In this document: positions 1-14,458 of the stretch, piece after piece
Numbering within the stretch: position 1 is the first letter of the stretch
Layout: the number at the start of each line of letters is the position of its first letter
NCBI GenBank assembly: GCA_012295275.1
Contig: CM022670.1
Span: 22,692,001 to 22,756,000, forward strand
Reading direction: 5' to 3'
DNA: 64,000 nt
DNA from: Chrysomallon squamiferum
Taxonomy: Eukaryota > Animalia > Mollusca
Notes under the pieces: model-generated
The model's input: the letters and a program-made list of their open reading frames with translations, nothing else
The model's database searches: none
What the model was told of the DNA's origin: nothing
Translations under genes and position numbers: made by a program

Positions 1-578
1 TTATAACAATCAATTAAGAACATTACTCGCTCAAACCAAACATCAGAGACGAATTCAGGCTAATTCTTTGATGGTTCCGCCTACCTATGTAACTTTATGT
101 TTTAGCTTTAAAACTGTATGCTTAAGTCTGCATCTCACCATCTGCGTATAACATAATAAACTTTTCGTACGTGGGGACCACATGGTCCTTTGTATGCAGC
201 GATATTATAACTGGTCACAGTATTAATATGATAATTATGTATACAGTATAGGGAAGACACTGAAATGACTTATGAAAGCTGAAATCAGTTAATACTATTA
301 TGTAAAAATCAACTTTAAGATTATCAAAATATAAGTTCAACTTTAAAATCTGAGAAATAAAATAAATTATTTTTATTTTTTATTCTGGTTTTAAGTAAAG
401 ATAATGGAAAAAGACTAGTTAATTAAATTTAATGTAATTGAGCAGTAGTAGAGTTTAAATAATTAAATAGGAACAATGTCACAAAAGAGTAATAAATGAT
501 TGTGACCACTGCTTTCAGGAATTGCCAGAATGTGGATATTCTGGACATGGTTATTATATAAATTAAAAATGCATGTGA

Positions 579-610
<32 letters not shown>

Positions 611-621
611 AGGCATTTCCT

Positions 622-1044
622 ACTTAGCATCTATTTAATAAGTTTCAATAAATAAATATATAAATGACCTGTGTAAATAATCTAAACAAAAGCACCCGGA
701 TAAAGAAGATATATGTGGGACATATGTCTCCTACAAAATAACAAATATATACACACATACACACAAACATACATACATTTTTCTTTCTTTTTTTCTGATA
801 CAATTTTGTTTCATGATTTTCCTCAAAGTTATAAAAACAGTATATTTAGAAAAACCAAACAATTTAGAACACTGGTTTCACTGAAAAAAAAAAAAATAAA
901 AAAAATAAATAAATAAAAATAAGAATTAGCAGACATCATGATTATATCCCATATATATTGTCTTTATCCAGTTGCATTTATTTAGATTATTTAGACAGGT
1001 CATTATATATTTCTTTATTGAAACTTATTAAATAGATGCTAAGT
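622..1044. repeat. Long imperfect inverted repeat (~110-bp arms at ~622-730 and ~928-1044), foldback/MITE-like
   Basis: acttagcatctatttaataagtttcaataaa...aatgacctgtgtaaataatctaaa...ggataaaga at 622 is the near-exact reverse complement of tctttatcca...tttagattatttagacaggtcatt...tttattgaaacttattaaatagatgctaagt ending at 1044. No clear TSD. Confidence 0.8.
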
Positions 1045-1300
1045 TTTGTAAATACAAGAAAGCTGAAAAGTAGGTGTTGTGATCTCATATGAACTGGGTA
1101 TTATTTTTTTTAACTTTATGCACAATAAAAGAAATGCCAGAAATAAAGAAATATTAAATCTGACTCAGCAATTCAAAAGCAGAATTTTATGATTATTATT
1201 AATAAAAAATTTTACAATACAGGTTGATACAGAACAAATTGTACATGATTGTAGAAACTGAATTTTGTCTTTCTTTTTTGTTCTGTTGTTGTTTGGTTGT

Positions 1301-1301
1301 T

Positions 1302-1370
<69 letters not shown>

Positions 1371-1377
1371 CATTATC

Positions 1378-1440
<63 letters not shown>
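1301..1440. repeat. Compound microsatellite (TTTA)n(TTA)n
   Basis: Directly visible; explains the poly-Y/L/I ORFs in the track. Confidence 0.97.
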
Positions 1441-1563
1441 TTGTCCTTTTCTCCAAATCTCCTGTTTCACCTTATTTGACAGTAAATAATTATAAATACA
1501 AGGTGATGATGACTTTTATCACTACTTGATTAAGATGACTTAATTGTTTTTTCTCTATTTGAG

Positions 1564-4500
1564 AACCTCTACAATATCTAGTGGTGAAAAGGGATCAAAG
1601 TTCAGTCAGTTGCAGAAGACAGAAGCTTCCACATCAGGGTCCATTTCACTTCCACTGGCTAAAGGAAATGTAGCTGGTAAATTGAATAAACATAATCTTA
1701 ACCAGTAACAAACATACAATGAAAATAGTAATCTTCATTCAGAGTTCTGTCGGATTAAATAAATAATTTAATGAGGTTTATTTACAATAATATATATGTA
1801 CACAACTGTATATGTACACAACTCTTACAAATTTATTATGATAATTTCCTCACCAGACATATTAAAGTGTTTACTAAAAATTAAAAGGTGATGTTTTATA
1901 ATTTTAATGAGCACCAGCTTTTTGTTTACAAATTAAATTGATAGTTTACTTTATTACTGAACTTTTATTTAACTGAAAGATAAAGCTATATGCTTGTGTG
2001 AAATTTTTTGATTCACTCGTCAAGAAATGAAAAGTAAATAACAAATGGGCTTAAAATGAACCTTTTATTGGTAATGTTCTCTTTTACAGCATATACTCAG
2101 TATCTAATTTTTACTATTTCTTTATCTTCAGAAGAGGATAAGAAAAGTTTTCAACAGTCCAGTTCATTGTCTAGCTCAAGTGATTCCTTCAAAGAAGTCC
2201 ACTTTTTAAAACCCGATAAGCACTCTTGGTTTCAAAATGGACGGTAATTTTCATATTTTGCTGTAGCTAATAGAAAGACAAGTATCAAACTGTTTTTGCC
2301 TGCTTACAAAAATGCAGTTAAAAATATTTTTGTTCTTACTTTCAGAACTCTGTGTAATATTCTTGGGTAGTGCTTTTGTTTTCAAAAATGTTTTTAAAAA
2401 CCCATTTACTTAACTTAAGAAATAATTTAAGGCATGAGTCAATTAAATCATTTTTAATTGAAGAAATAATAATGAATTAGTTTATCTAATTTATATTTTC
2501 ATAAATTAAATATTTTCAAAGTTTGACCATTAACACTGGTGTTAATTAAATCTTTACTGGTTAAAATTAGGATGCCTTGATTTTCAAAATACTTTCATTT
2601 TTAATCAATTACATATTTTGTCTTAATTCATATTTTTTTATTGTGATTTAATTTATCAGAATAATAGTAGTTTATGAATATTTATAATAGTATATTTGAT
2701 AAAACAAAAATGTCTGGAAAGTTGGTAAAATATATACATAGAAGCAATATGAAACATTTTCATTATAAACAAACATTTTATTATTTTATCCTTTTCTTTC
2801 TTTTTCAGGGTTCTCATTGTATCAAAAGCAAAAGTGCCACTTGTCATATGTTCTGTTCTGGGATTCTGTCACAGGTTAGTTTTCACATTTACTAATTTTA
2901 CCTTTTTACATTTAAAAAAAAAAAAAAAATAACATATTATTTATTTCCAGATAACCCAAGGATCTGAATATTTATTTAATTAAAGCTTCAGTGCAAAAAA
3001 ATGTATAAATAGGATTTCTAAATTTTACCATAAAAGTAATGTAAATATTTACAAATAAGGCTACCATCACACAGACTGAAAATGAACAGATAAAAGTCTT
3101 ATTTGACAGTACGTTTATGTCATCTGTAGATATCACAAAAATTACGCTGTAACTGTGGATATTTGAAATAATTTACATAGGAAACAAACATTATCTTCTA
3201 AAATTATTGCTGCTTTTTGGTGGGGAAAAAAGGAAACAGTTGTGAGAAGTAATAGATACTACATTTTTTATTTTGCCACTTTCTCTCTCTCTGTTACTGG
3301 ATACAAAAGTTAAAAATGAAGTAAAAGTGTGGGATAACATTTTACAGGCCAGTCGTAGAAGAAACCAGACAACGCAGACATTCAGGTCACTCTGGTTCCC
3401 GCTCTATTTCCTCGCAGGAAGGTCTCTTGTGTATCGGTCTGCATGCACTCAACAAAGTTGAAGATGGACAGGTATTGTTAAAATTAAACTGAGATCTTAT
3501 TGTGATTGTTGTTTAAGTTTAAACAGTGTCCATCAATTTGTTATTTTTATTTTATTCTTAATTATTTTATTTGTTGTCAGCTTTACAGTACTTTCAGTTT
3601 ATTTTATATCTAATGAACAGGGTATCAGTTACATCTAGAATATGTTGCATTTTTAAACTTTTAAAAGTTGTTCTGACAAATTAATTCTTGTTGTTTTAAG
3701 TGGAGATTATTGTTACTTTTATTTCAGGATGTTTCGTACAAGGAATTTCTTGTCCCATCCAGAGCAGTGAAAAGAACATATTCAGATTCAGCATCATGTG
3801 TCAGTGGAGAAACATCATTTTTCCAAACACAAGGTAGTTATTGCCCAGCTCAGTGACTTTTTTTGATTTAATAATTATTTTAATTAAAATTAAGTGGAAG
3901 TTACACTAAAGCAGGATCAAGAACCAAGATGAAGTAGTAATCTGTTAATGTTTTAATCCCTTATGACACAAACATAATGACAGTTTTGATTTAATATAAT
4001 ATTAGTAATATGATATGTAGGATGTGTGAAAATACAGGTAAGATTCATATTTCCATGTGTGAAAATAACACAAACACACAAACACAAGCTACCTTCTGTA
4101 CTTCTTTGAAATGATTCTGTCTGCATTGGCTTATTAACTGCATAATGATTACTAACAATTTTCTAACTGTGCAGAATGGTTTTTAACTTGTCTCTGGTGT
4201 TCAGTAAACCATATTAGCATGTTAACTTTTGGAGGGATATGGCAATTTCAACTTTATTAATATTTTATGTTAAAAAGAAAAAAGGGAGGACAAATTTAAT
4301 TTTCTTTAACTTTTATATGATTTTAAAATTTATTGTTTCATTTTTTAAAAATAATTTTTAAACTTTATTATACATATTTTTTTATTTCAGTGTTTTAGTT
4401 TGTGATATATATATGAACATGAAAATTAACTTGTAAGAATTTTAAATTTAAAATATGCAAGCATATGTTAAACACTTTTTTCTAATTGCATTTAGCTTTT

Positions 4501-6160
4501 AAGAGATATTTCTTCTGTAAGGGTATACGTAAAAAAGACTCACACTCAAATGGTAATTGGTAATGTTCAGTTCTACAGTTTTACAGAATAACATGATCTT
4601 TCTTTATTGAATTAATTTCTTATGTTTGATTATTAAATTCTAATTACTCAGCAGTTATATAACAGTTTTGGTGATGGAACTAACATATGCTTTTTGATGA
4701 AATGAATTATAATCAAACTATTGAAGCAAGTTTCCATCAGCCTTATCAGAAACATCCTATTTAATTTTAAATTGTTTTAAATAATTTTGTTTCATTTAAA
4801 GCAACACAGAGGTAGTGGGTTCTTCCTGTTGGGTAATAAAACTAATTCTCAGTTTTTCTAAGATGGTTTTCTTGCTTCCTAGATTTGATTGTAAGTCAAT
4901 GGAATTTAATACATGTAGAATGGCTCCAAATCCTATCTGCATGTATTGCATTTCATTTGCATGGCTTTAATCTGATTTGTTTGTTCTTTTTTAATTATTT
5001 ATTTAATGTCACATTCAGCAGAGAATGTTTATTAACTTCCAGAATTTTAAGAAGCAGGGACAAAATTGATCATATCACAGAATAAGTTGGGTGTTTTTCC
5101 AGTTTCAGTCAGTGGGGGTGGGTAAGACATAGCTCCTTGGAAGAGTGTCTGCTCCAGGAGCAGAGAGGCATCAGATCAATCCCCCTTAGTGTCCTATTGA
5201 ACTGTTTCTCAGGCAGTGTAATATCTGACAAAACAGGCCCTGCCACGTACTGTCCTATCTATGAATGGTGCATATAAAAGATGCCTTCCTGCTTATCAGA
5301 AAGATGGCAGATTTCCTCTCAATAATTAAATACTCATTAGTTATACAACCATAAATTAAATGTATTGAGTACATTATTAATAAAAACATTTAAAAAAAAA
5401 ATGGAGTCAGTAATTTGATTTGTTTCATTTCCTTGTTCTCTCTGCTGAGTGTGACAAATAACATATGTTTATATCTAACCAGGCCGGGATCTGTTTCGCA
5501 GTTTCTCACATGACCCTAGATCCAGCATTTGTTCTTTTCTTCACAGAGGTAACTCTTTGTTCAGAACAACAAATCATTATTAAAATCATCATCATTACTA
5601 TTTTTATCCTCATTATCATTAAACCCCTTTAGATACTGCTATTTCATGTTTAAAAGGTTTTGTGAAATATTACTTTCTTCCAGTGAACAGAAATAAGTAA
5701 AGGTGTCATGTTTGTAGATTATATTATCTTAAATGTAAATTATAGCCCAAATAATTTGGATATTTGATAACAAATATTCCCAATTTAAATTATTATTTTC
5801 TAATGAGAATTTTTAGGAAATTGAATATTACCCTCTAAGAATTTCATATAACAGTTGTTGTTTTTTTGTTTGTTTTTTGTTTTGTTTTTTTAATAAAACT
5901 GGCTTTTAAATATTTTTGTTGTTATTATGTTCTTTGTTTCTGTTGGTTCTTTTTTTCTTTTTTTTTTTATTTATATAGATATTAATTTTTTAAAATTACA
6001 TACTGATTAAGATATTTAATGATTTAATCATGTTAAAGTATATTGTCTTTTGTAGATTTTCTGAAACTTTATTTTAAACTTTTTTACAATTTTTTTTTAG
6101 AATATTTAGAATATCATGTTAAAGCATATTGTCTTTTGTAGATTTTCTGAAACTTTTTTA

Positions 6161-6192
<32 letters not shown>

Positions 6193-6268
6193 AAATAATT
6201 TATTACACCCTGTTTCCATTATATAAATATTAGTATTTTTAAAATAGTGGGAAATTTATTTAAATATC

Positions 6269-6302
<34 letters not shown>

Positions 6303-8550
6303 TGTGTGTTTGTGTGAATATATATGTATTCTTTCTTTTTTTTGTGCTATGTTTGGAGTTATTTCTAATTTTGCTGTACTTTATTTGAAATTAAATTATT
6401 ATACATTCATTTAAGAATATGTAACTAACAAATGTTGAATTAAAAATTGTATAGGTAATGAGGAAATGGTTGATTTTTATGATCCTAATCTTCTGGATGA
6501 TCCTGAACTACAGTCTGGCAGTTACCGCACATTGATGACATTTTCCTCCTATATTGTGAGTACATTTATATTATATAATGATGGGTTTTTTCAGTCTATA
6601 CATATATATTTGGTATAAATATTTCTTTTTTAAAAATCAATACATATTATTATTATTATTATTATTAAAAATCAATACATCATCATCATTATTATAATTA
6701 TTATTATTATTTTTTTTTTTTTTTTTTTTTTTTTTAATTAAATTTCTGTTAAAAGAAAATATAATGCTTCATATGTTTTTATATTTATTGTATTTTATAC
6801 ATTAAGCTGATGTTATGGTCAACTGATGATGTCAATAATATTTATAAAGTTCAAAAAGTTTAAATTTTATCCCAAGAGCAAACAAGATTAAAAAAAAACA
6901 AAAAAAAACGTATGTAAAAAACATCAGTTCTTTATACATAGATATATATATATATTGACATATTTGAAATGAGGTGATATTCACTTTTTAAGTTGTTTAT
7001 TTTCAGACATCAGTCATTGACTATGTGAAGCCCTCCAGCCTGAAAAAGGAACTTAATGAAAAATTTAAGGAAAGATTTCCAAACATACAGTTAACTCTTT
7101 CTAAATTAAGAAGGTGGGTATTTACAAGTTTTTATTTCCCCCATTCATATATATGTATATTGTTTATTCATATGTAAAAACTTTTATGGATCATCATAAA
7201 ATGGTCGTATTATTGAATATAGATAAATACAAACTCTTTATTTTTATATTATTACAGCTTAATTTTAAATCAGTTTAAAAAAAAATATCCCTATTTTGTT
7301 TTTTATTTGTACCATTTTATTTAGTTTTGTTATAAGCATTACTTTTATATTATTTTGTTATTTCAGTATTAAGAAGGAGCTTTGGCAAATTGCAGTGAAG
7401 GTAATATATATTCAGTGTTATATCATTATGAATAATTTTGCCTTTTATTATTATAGATACGATACTTCAATTATATTGTGTGTGTGCATCTGTGTGCATG
7501 CGTCTCTGTGTGTGATTTTGTCCACTAAACTGATAGATAATTTTTATCATGTTTTGATATGTTGTAAAAAAATGTTTGAATTTACATAATATAACTTCTT
7601 ATTTTGAAAAATTAGCTTTGTTTATTTTTTTAATTATTACAGTCTCGAGCTGGTATCTGGACTGTAGCACAAGCTTACGTTTTCTTTGAGAAACTCATTC
7701 TTAAGGTAATAATACTTTGAAAATACTTCATAAGAGCCTAATTAATTCCGTTGTCTGTTTAAATGAAGTAATTATAGATTTAAGATCAACACATCCATAG
7801 AATTGATACATATTATATACATAATTATATATATTTTATTGGGGGTTTTTTGGTTTATTTTAAAATAAATATTTAAAACTAATATGATGAGAAATTTGTA
7901 TTGGAAATATGGTTTTCAAACACTCAAGGATTAATTTAATAAACTAATATGCATGTATTTCCTCAAAAAACACTTATAATGAATCAACAATAATACTTTA
8001 TTTGTAATCAGCTAAAATCAGAATTGTACTGTTTTAGAAAAAGGAGAACCATTTTGTTCACTTCTTTCATTACTTGTTTTCACAGCATCAGATAAATAAA
8101 CAGAACAGAAAACTGTGTGCTGGGGCTTGCCTTATGTTGTCTGCCAAACTGAATGATGTAAAAGGTGCTGATCTGTCCAAACTGATTGAAGTGAGTTCTT
8201 TGTTATTTATCTTATGTAATTAACAATTTTACTTATTTTTTAGTTTCTTATAAGACTAATTATCATAACATTTCTAGATCAATGATTATTATAATTCAGC
8301 TTCTAGTACAGTATGTTACTGACATTTGTTGAAAATAAATATCTTTTCACAAAAAAAAAAAAAAAAAAAAAGAATAAAAATTTTATAATAAATGCATTTT
8401 AATTTTCAGCAAATAGAAGATACCTTCCGCCTTCATAGAAAAGAAATGTTATCGTTTGAATTTGCATGTCTTGTGACTCTGGAATTCTCTCTGCACATCC
8501 CTGATGCCGATGTTTATCCACATTACCAACGTCTGGTGTATCGCTCCTGA
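1564..8550 (+). CDS. CABLES: CDK5 and ABL1 enzyme substrate (CABLES family), 5'-partial; C-terminal cyclin-like domain
   Basis: Phase-consistent exons: 1564-1676, 2132-2243, 2809-2874, 3348-3471, 3728-3833, 5483-5548, 6455-6555, 7007-7113, 7367-7400, 7643-7705, 8086-8190, 8410-8550 (TGA). Translation includes [110 protein letters not shown] and [27 protein letters not shown], matching CABLES1/2 motifs. No start codon exon was found in the window, and the first exon boundary is the least certain. Confidence 0.93.
5121..5401 (+). mobile_element. Degenerate tRNA-derived SINE-like element in a CABLES intron
   Basis: GC-richer ~280-bp block with a decayed A-box-like head (acatagctccttggaagag), a B-box-like segment (agatcaatccc), a core atggtgcatataaaagatgcc..tgct that I recognise from gastropod SINEs, and an A-rich tail at 5392-5401. 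Family assignment is from memory, not a search. Confidence 0.55.
6027..6158. repeat. Local direct duplication of ~45 bp
   Basis: atcatgttaaag(t/c)atattgtcttttgtagattttctgaaactttt occurs twice, at ~6028 and ~6113. Confidence 0.85.
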
Positions 8551-11500
8551 CCCAGGCTCCGTTTTTGCCAAAAAAAGCTTACGTGATTTACATTTGTTTT
8601 GCAGCGCAATGCTTTTTACACTGTTTTCAGTTATTGCTGCTGCTTGGGATCTAAAACAAGTTTACTTAACACTGACTTTGTCAATGCCTGGTGCATCACA
8701 TTGGTGTTACCTGTTTTATAAATGTGACATTCAAGTCAGCTTCAGGATAATTCTGTTACCTGTTACTGTTTTGTGTCTTGGGCATTGACTGATTTGCAAG
8801 CCAGTATAGAACCTGCAGGATCATTTTTTTATTTTTGTTAATGAAAATCATCAGTCTTCAGTGATTAATTGATGTCTTAATCTGGTGTAAATGATTGGAA
8901 GTTAAAAATTTCAGTGTATTTTTTTTTTTTTTTTGTGCAATTTGTCAATATGATGGCTACAGGGAAACTGATGTTAATAATTCAATGTTAAGTTTAGTGA
9001 GCATGTTGTACTGCTTCTCAATATTGCTGCAAGCCTCAATTAATCAAATCTGATGACAGTTTGTTAGTGAAATTACACCAACATTTCGTTTCTTTTTTCT
9101 TTATTTATTTTCTTGGGTTTTTTGTTTTGAATTATAACTGCATATCAAGACTCAAAAGCTAATACTCATAATTATGCCACTGTTTAAAAAGAGGCAGTTA
9201 GTTTGATATATTTATATCTGTCAACGGCAGCTGATAATGTGTGGTTTGTATTGTGTTTTGTGTCTTAATATAAATGTATCATTTTCACAATACAGTAAAA
9301 AACTGTAGCTATTTTGTATAAATATTCAGTGGATTGAGACTACATTTTGTTTTGTAAAATATAACATTAACAACTATTACACAGACTAAACTTTCCTACT
9401 GGAAGAGGAATAAAAGTGAAATTGTCCACTGTGACAAAACAAACTGAATTGCCTTCAATCAACATCTTTTTCTAGAAAATATATATATTGTTTTTTTTTT
9501 TTAATTCTGGTATGGAAGAGATATGTAATTCCAGTTTATTATATTTTGAAATCTTTTATGATATAGACCACTTCACAATCATTCTTTAAATGACTTCTGT
9601 CAACAAAAAAAACAATGATCAATATTCTTGAAACTAAGATGTTTGTCTAAGGCATCAGAAATGTGACCTCATTTTTATTTTTAATTTTTTTTATTTTTTT
9701 AAATTTTTATTACTTTTTTTTTACTCTGTTCCATTCTGAATATTTTGTGTAATTAAATGACTATTATTATTATCATCATCATTTTATCATATTTATGTAG
9801 CACCCTTTCCATACAAAGTACATTCTAGGGTATTGACACATATCTGGCAATGTTTTTATGTATTTGTAATTACAATGAATTGTAATTAGATTTTGTTACG
9901 AGTGAGAAGAACAAGATACAAATGTTTTTTTGTGTTCAAATTCATGAATGGTTTGTTTGGTTAAGTTTTAAAATGTTTTGTTATTGTTGCAGAGAGTTGT
10001 TTGGTGAAGTATCTTGTTTGACTTGGATAAGGCAGCAGTAATGAAAGTGCTTTAAAGTCCCGATGTAAACATGAACATTTATAATGTTTTTATTTATTTT
10101 TGATTGACAATGATGCTGTTTTAGACAACAACAATAAAAAAGAACTCTAAAGGGTTCTTAACATTTTTATTTTAATATGTATAATTTTGTGATTAGCATG
10201 ATTCAAATGAAGATAGTTTTTTTTTTTTTCATTTTGTTTCACTTTGATGATCTCATGAAAAACTAGTCATTTGTGTAAAGTATGATTTTTGTAAAACGTA
10301 TATTTTACAAGTTTTCATTAGTGATTGATTCACAGAGTATAGTTTTATAAAACAGAATAAAGTGGAGTTTGGAAGAACTGTGATACTGGTATCTAAATGT
10401 TGAATGTACAGTGCAAGTCTTTCAGGAAATAATTTATCAATTCATAGCATAATTTTTGTTTGTAAACACTTGTATTTTCTCTTCATCTGACAAACATTAA
10501 AATATAAAATGTCATTACATTTCACTGTTTCATATACAATGTTATAACAACTTTTAATATTAAAGTGGTTTAGTATTGTTTGTTGTTTTGCTGATTTTTT
10601 GGGGGGATTATTTATATAATTTTTTTTAATTTTTTTTTTTAGATTTTTTTTTAATTTTTTTAATTTTTTTTAGATGTTTTTAAAAAAAAAATTGGTTGGC
10701 GTTTTTATTATTTATTAATATGTTTATTTTCAGATGTTTGCATTGTTTTTGTCTTTGTTTTTTTTTTTTTTTTTTTTTTTTTGTTTGTTTGTTTTTAAAA
10801 AAAGACATTATTTTGTCAGTTAGTGGGAAAATATGAAAATAAATTTTTGACATAATCCCCAAAAACAAGTTAAACAAGTTAAACAAAATAGAAATAAAAC
10901 AAAATCTTAGTGAATCAATAAATAAATAACTGAATGAAATTATTATTGTTTTCTTTTCTTCTTTTTTTTTGTTTTCTTTTTTTTTTTAAATATTTTTTGA
11001 GGAAGTGGCATCATCTGGATTTTTTACAATACTATATAAAAACAAACGTATTATAATAGCCTATTGTCACATTCTTATTAAATTTTAATTGGCACAAAAT
11101 ATTTACAAACATTCATGTGCTAAAACTAAAAATGCATGGATCTTTTAATATGAAACAATCTATAACAAAGGTAAGATTCACATACACACAATTATATCAT
11201 TATTTTGAAAATGTTTTTTTCTAAGAAATAGCCATTTATTAAATGTAGTATTTAAAATTCAGTACATGGAATACTTTCCTTTTTTTCTTTTAAGATATAA
11301 ATGTATATTTGTAAATCAGTTTTATATCATTACTTTTTTATTTTATACCATGACATTGGATATATTTATTGAGTACATTAATCGTATGTAAAAGTCAAAC
11401 GAGGCATACAGTTTAGGCTTATTATAAACTATTATTAATTATTCCATTATTTACAGATCAAAGAAAATAATTAGTACGTTTCTTGATGACGCTTTTTCTA

Positions 11501-12197
11501 TTTCAATATATTGTTACTATGTAAAACTATTTGGTTTTATTCTGAATTAAAAAGATGTGATAGTAAACTTTTTATGTTTAAATATCCCTGATAGTTAATT
11601 AGAGGCTGTTAGATATATATATATATATATATATTCTTAAGAAAACTGTAAACAGAAACATGCAAAATGTTGGATACTGTTACTATAGGGAGACATATTT
11701 TATAGCTATTAATTTTTTACTCAGAATTTTCTAGAAAGTTGGCAGTAACAATTTATGTAATAAAGATGTGTAATTATTATCATCATTTTTTGTTTTTATT
11801 TCTTTATTTCTTTATTACTGTTATATATTTTTCTGATAAAGACTTACTGTTATATGTACAAATGATGTCATTAATAAAAAATAGCATTTGAGGAACAGCA
11901 TTTTCGTATTTGAGCAGAAATCCCAAGTTTTCACCATTTTAATAAAATCAGTATCAAAATAGAATAAATTATCATGAATTCATTTCTTGTTTCACCCCAG
12001 TATGTAATACTTAAACTTGTATGTACATGGAAAACTCTGAATTACACTGATAAATAATGAAAGATTCTTATTTTTAATTTTTATCACTTTTATTATGTGC
12101 TATTTAACTTTCTTTTTTGTTGTTTGTTTTTTATTTATTATTATTATTATTGTTGTTGTTGTTGTTCTTATTTTATGTGTGTATGTGTTTTTATTTT

Positions 12198-12232
<35 letters not shown>

Positions 12233-12531
12233 GTTTGCGTATTTTGTTTAAGTTTAAAAATTTTAAACAGTTTAAAGACAAATATTTTTGTAGTTTTAGT
12301 TTTGATATTTTGTTTGTTTTTTAGTGGTTTTTTGTGAAGCTGTTAATTTGGGAAAACCAGTATAAAGATAAACTAAATTAAATTTTGTATTAGACTTATT
12401 AAAACATGATGAAACTGTTTTACAAACTTACTGTTACGGCACTGAAATAAATACTGAACAAAGTATTGTCTGTGATTTCAGAACATGTTATGATATTTAT
12501 TATAACTAGAACATTTTTTTTTTTTCTTTCT

Positions 12532-12565
<34 letters not shown>

Positions 12566-12573
12566 GTTTAAAC

Positions 12574-12708
12574 CAAGCAACCCAACCTTTTTCGAGAAGC
12601 GGGCCATAAGACATGGCTCATCCTCAGGCGGGCCCCGCAGGTACTAATTTAGGCGATTAAAGTTATTTTCCTTGTGAAATCAGGCGGACCGCAGTTTGCC
12701 CATGACTG
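12574..12708. mobile_element. Short non-autonomous hAT (Charlie/MER58-like) MITE remnant
   Basis: Ends caagcaacccaacctttt..gcgggcc and gcggaccgcagtttgcccatgactg resemble the CAGGGGTGGGCAAACT..GGCCCGC termini of hAT-Charlie MITEs. The 8-bp flanks gtttaaac / attgagac match only partly. Confidence 0.5.
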
Positions 12709-12779
12709 ATTGAGACTGTTTATCTCGATAGAAAAACAGACTTTTGAAATAAAAATATCATGGGTTACAAATATGCTGT

Positions 12780-12817
<38 letters not shown>

Positions 12818-12898
12818 ACAAACAAAAAAAAACTAATAACATTAAATTTTAAAAATATGATTTAACTTTAAAATTTTATGAAGGCGACAAAAAGAATA

Positions 12899-12940
<42 letters not shown>

Positions 12941-14427
12941 CAAATTAATAATTAATAACTTTTAAAAAATAGCAATAAAACAAAACAAAACAAAAGCATA
13001 TTCGGTTATCGGTGATTTTGCGAATCCCCACACACATTAAAAGAAAAAAAGAAACCTATTTTAATTCACCGCCCTTGCTACAGAACATGTAGTTGGGAGA
13101 TAAATAAATAAAATTAATGTTCTCAGAATAAATAGAAATTAAATATAACCAAACATTTTTAGAACAGATATTAAAACTTTTCTCCAGTTCTTACCATTTT
13201 CTAAAAATGGATTTAAAAAACGTTCTTGCAATACAATGGTACACGAATAAGCAATTAAACCAAAACAAATAAATATAAAGAACACTGACATCATCGGTAG
13301 CAATTTTTTTATTATTGTTATTTTTATTTTTATCATTTAATTATTAATAACGCTGAAAAGTAATTTGTACAATTAAGAATTATGGTGTCATTCTTACTGT
13401 TTATAAAATAAATAAATCGTTTGATAAAATTGTTAATTTAACTAACCAGCTTGAAAAATGCCTGTTAGTCCAAGTTAAAACGGAATACAATGTATTTCAG
13501 CTCTGGAAAATCATGTATAATCAGTTATAATTATTTTCGAATTACTTAAAATTTATCTGTTTATATTTTATAGTCAATGGCTTTTTGCAGGTAAAGTTGG
13601 ATCTCTGATAAAAATTTGTGAAGGTCGTGTGCACAAAAAGTAAAAGGTCACTTGAGATGTCAGGGAAGACAAAAGTTCACATAGTTATTTTAAGTTTCAA
13701 ATTACTTCAAATAAATAAATTAGTTTTATTTGAGAAGTAACTCTTATTCTTGACAACACCGCTAATTTTCTTAATTAAAGTTACTTCAGACTAAGTACGA
13801 TTATTAAATAATTTTGTTATATTTCAAGAACTGTTTACGTAAAAACACACATAATGATTGTTTAATCAACCTCTTTCATATTACAGCTATGCTAGCCGAG
13901 GCTTGAATATTTTACACCCCTAGACAGAGCCAACTGCTGCATCCTGATTGATTTAACTACACTGAAAACTGGATATGAATTAACAATGAACTGTCTATAA
14001 ACTATTATATTTTATTTTTATTACGGTTTTTTTCTTAAAGCAATGATTTACATAAAACTCAATAATTCAGGTTTCTGGTGTCTGCGCCACAGGCGGATGC
14101 GAAGCTGGCATAATGATAGTGTCACTTTGTATCGTGTCGTAGCATCTTGCAAACTGTAAACAACGCTACTTACCTGCAATAACCGCAAATACAACATCGA
14201 ACGCTTGGTTCAAAATCCTTTCAAGACTGTCAAAAAGAGATTGCCTTATAATAATTGAACAATCCATTACTGAGTAACTAAATGTATACTTCGGTCTATC
14301 TAAAGAAGCACGCACTGCTAGAAACTTAAATAAATGTAAATTAAATATTAAGATGAAAGGCATTAGTATAAATGGTACAAGTTTATTATTATAGGTAGAA
14401 TTAATAAAATAAAATTATTAAATTAAA

Positions 14428-14458
<31 letters not shown>

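Noticed and set aside
1224-1529. ORFs with poly-Y/L/I tracts (likewise poly-ER/SL at 15580-15877 and the poly-HT ORFs)
   Set aside because: Translations of microsatellites.
8504-8788. 94-aa ORF overlapping the CABLES stop
   Set aside because: Out-of-frame run into the 3' UTR with no recognisable motif.
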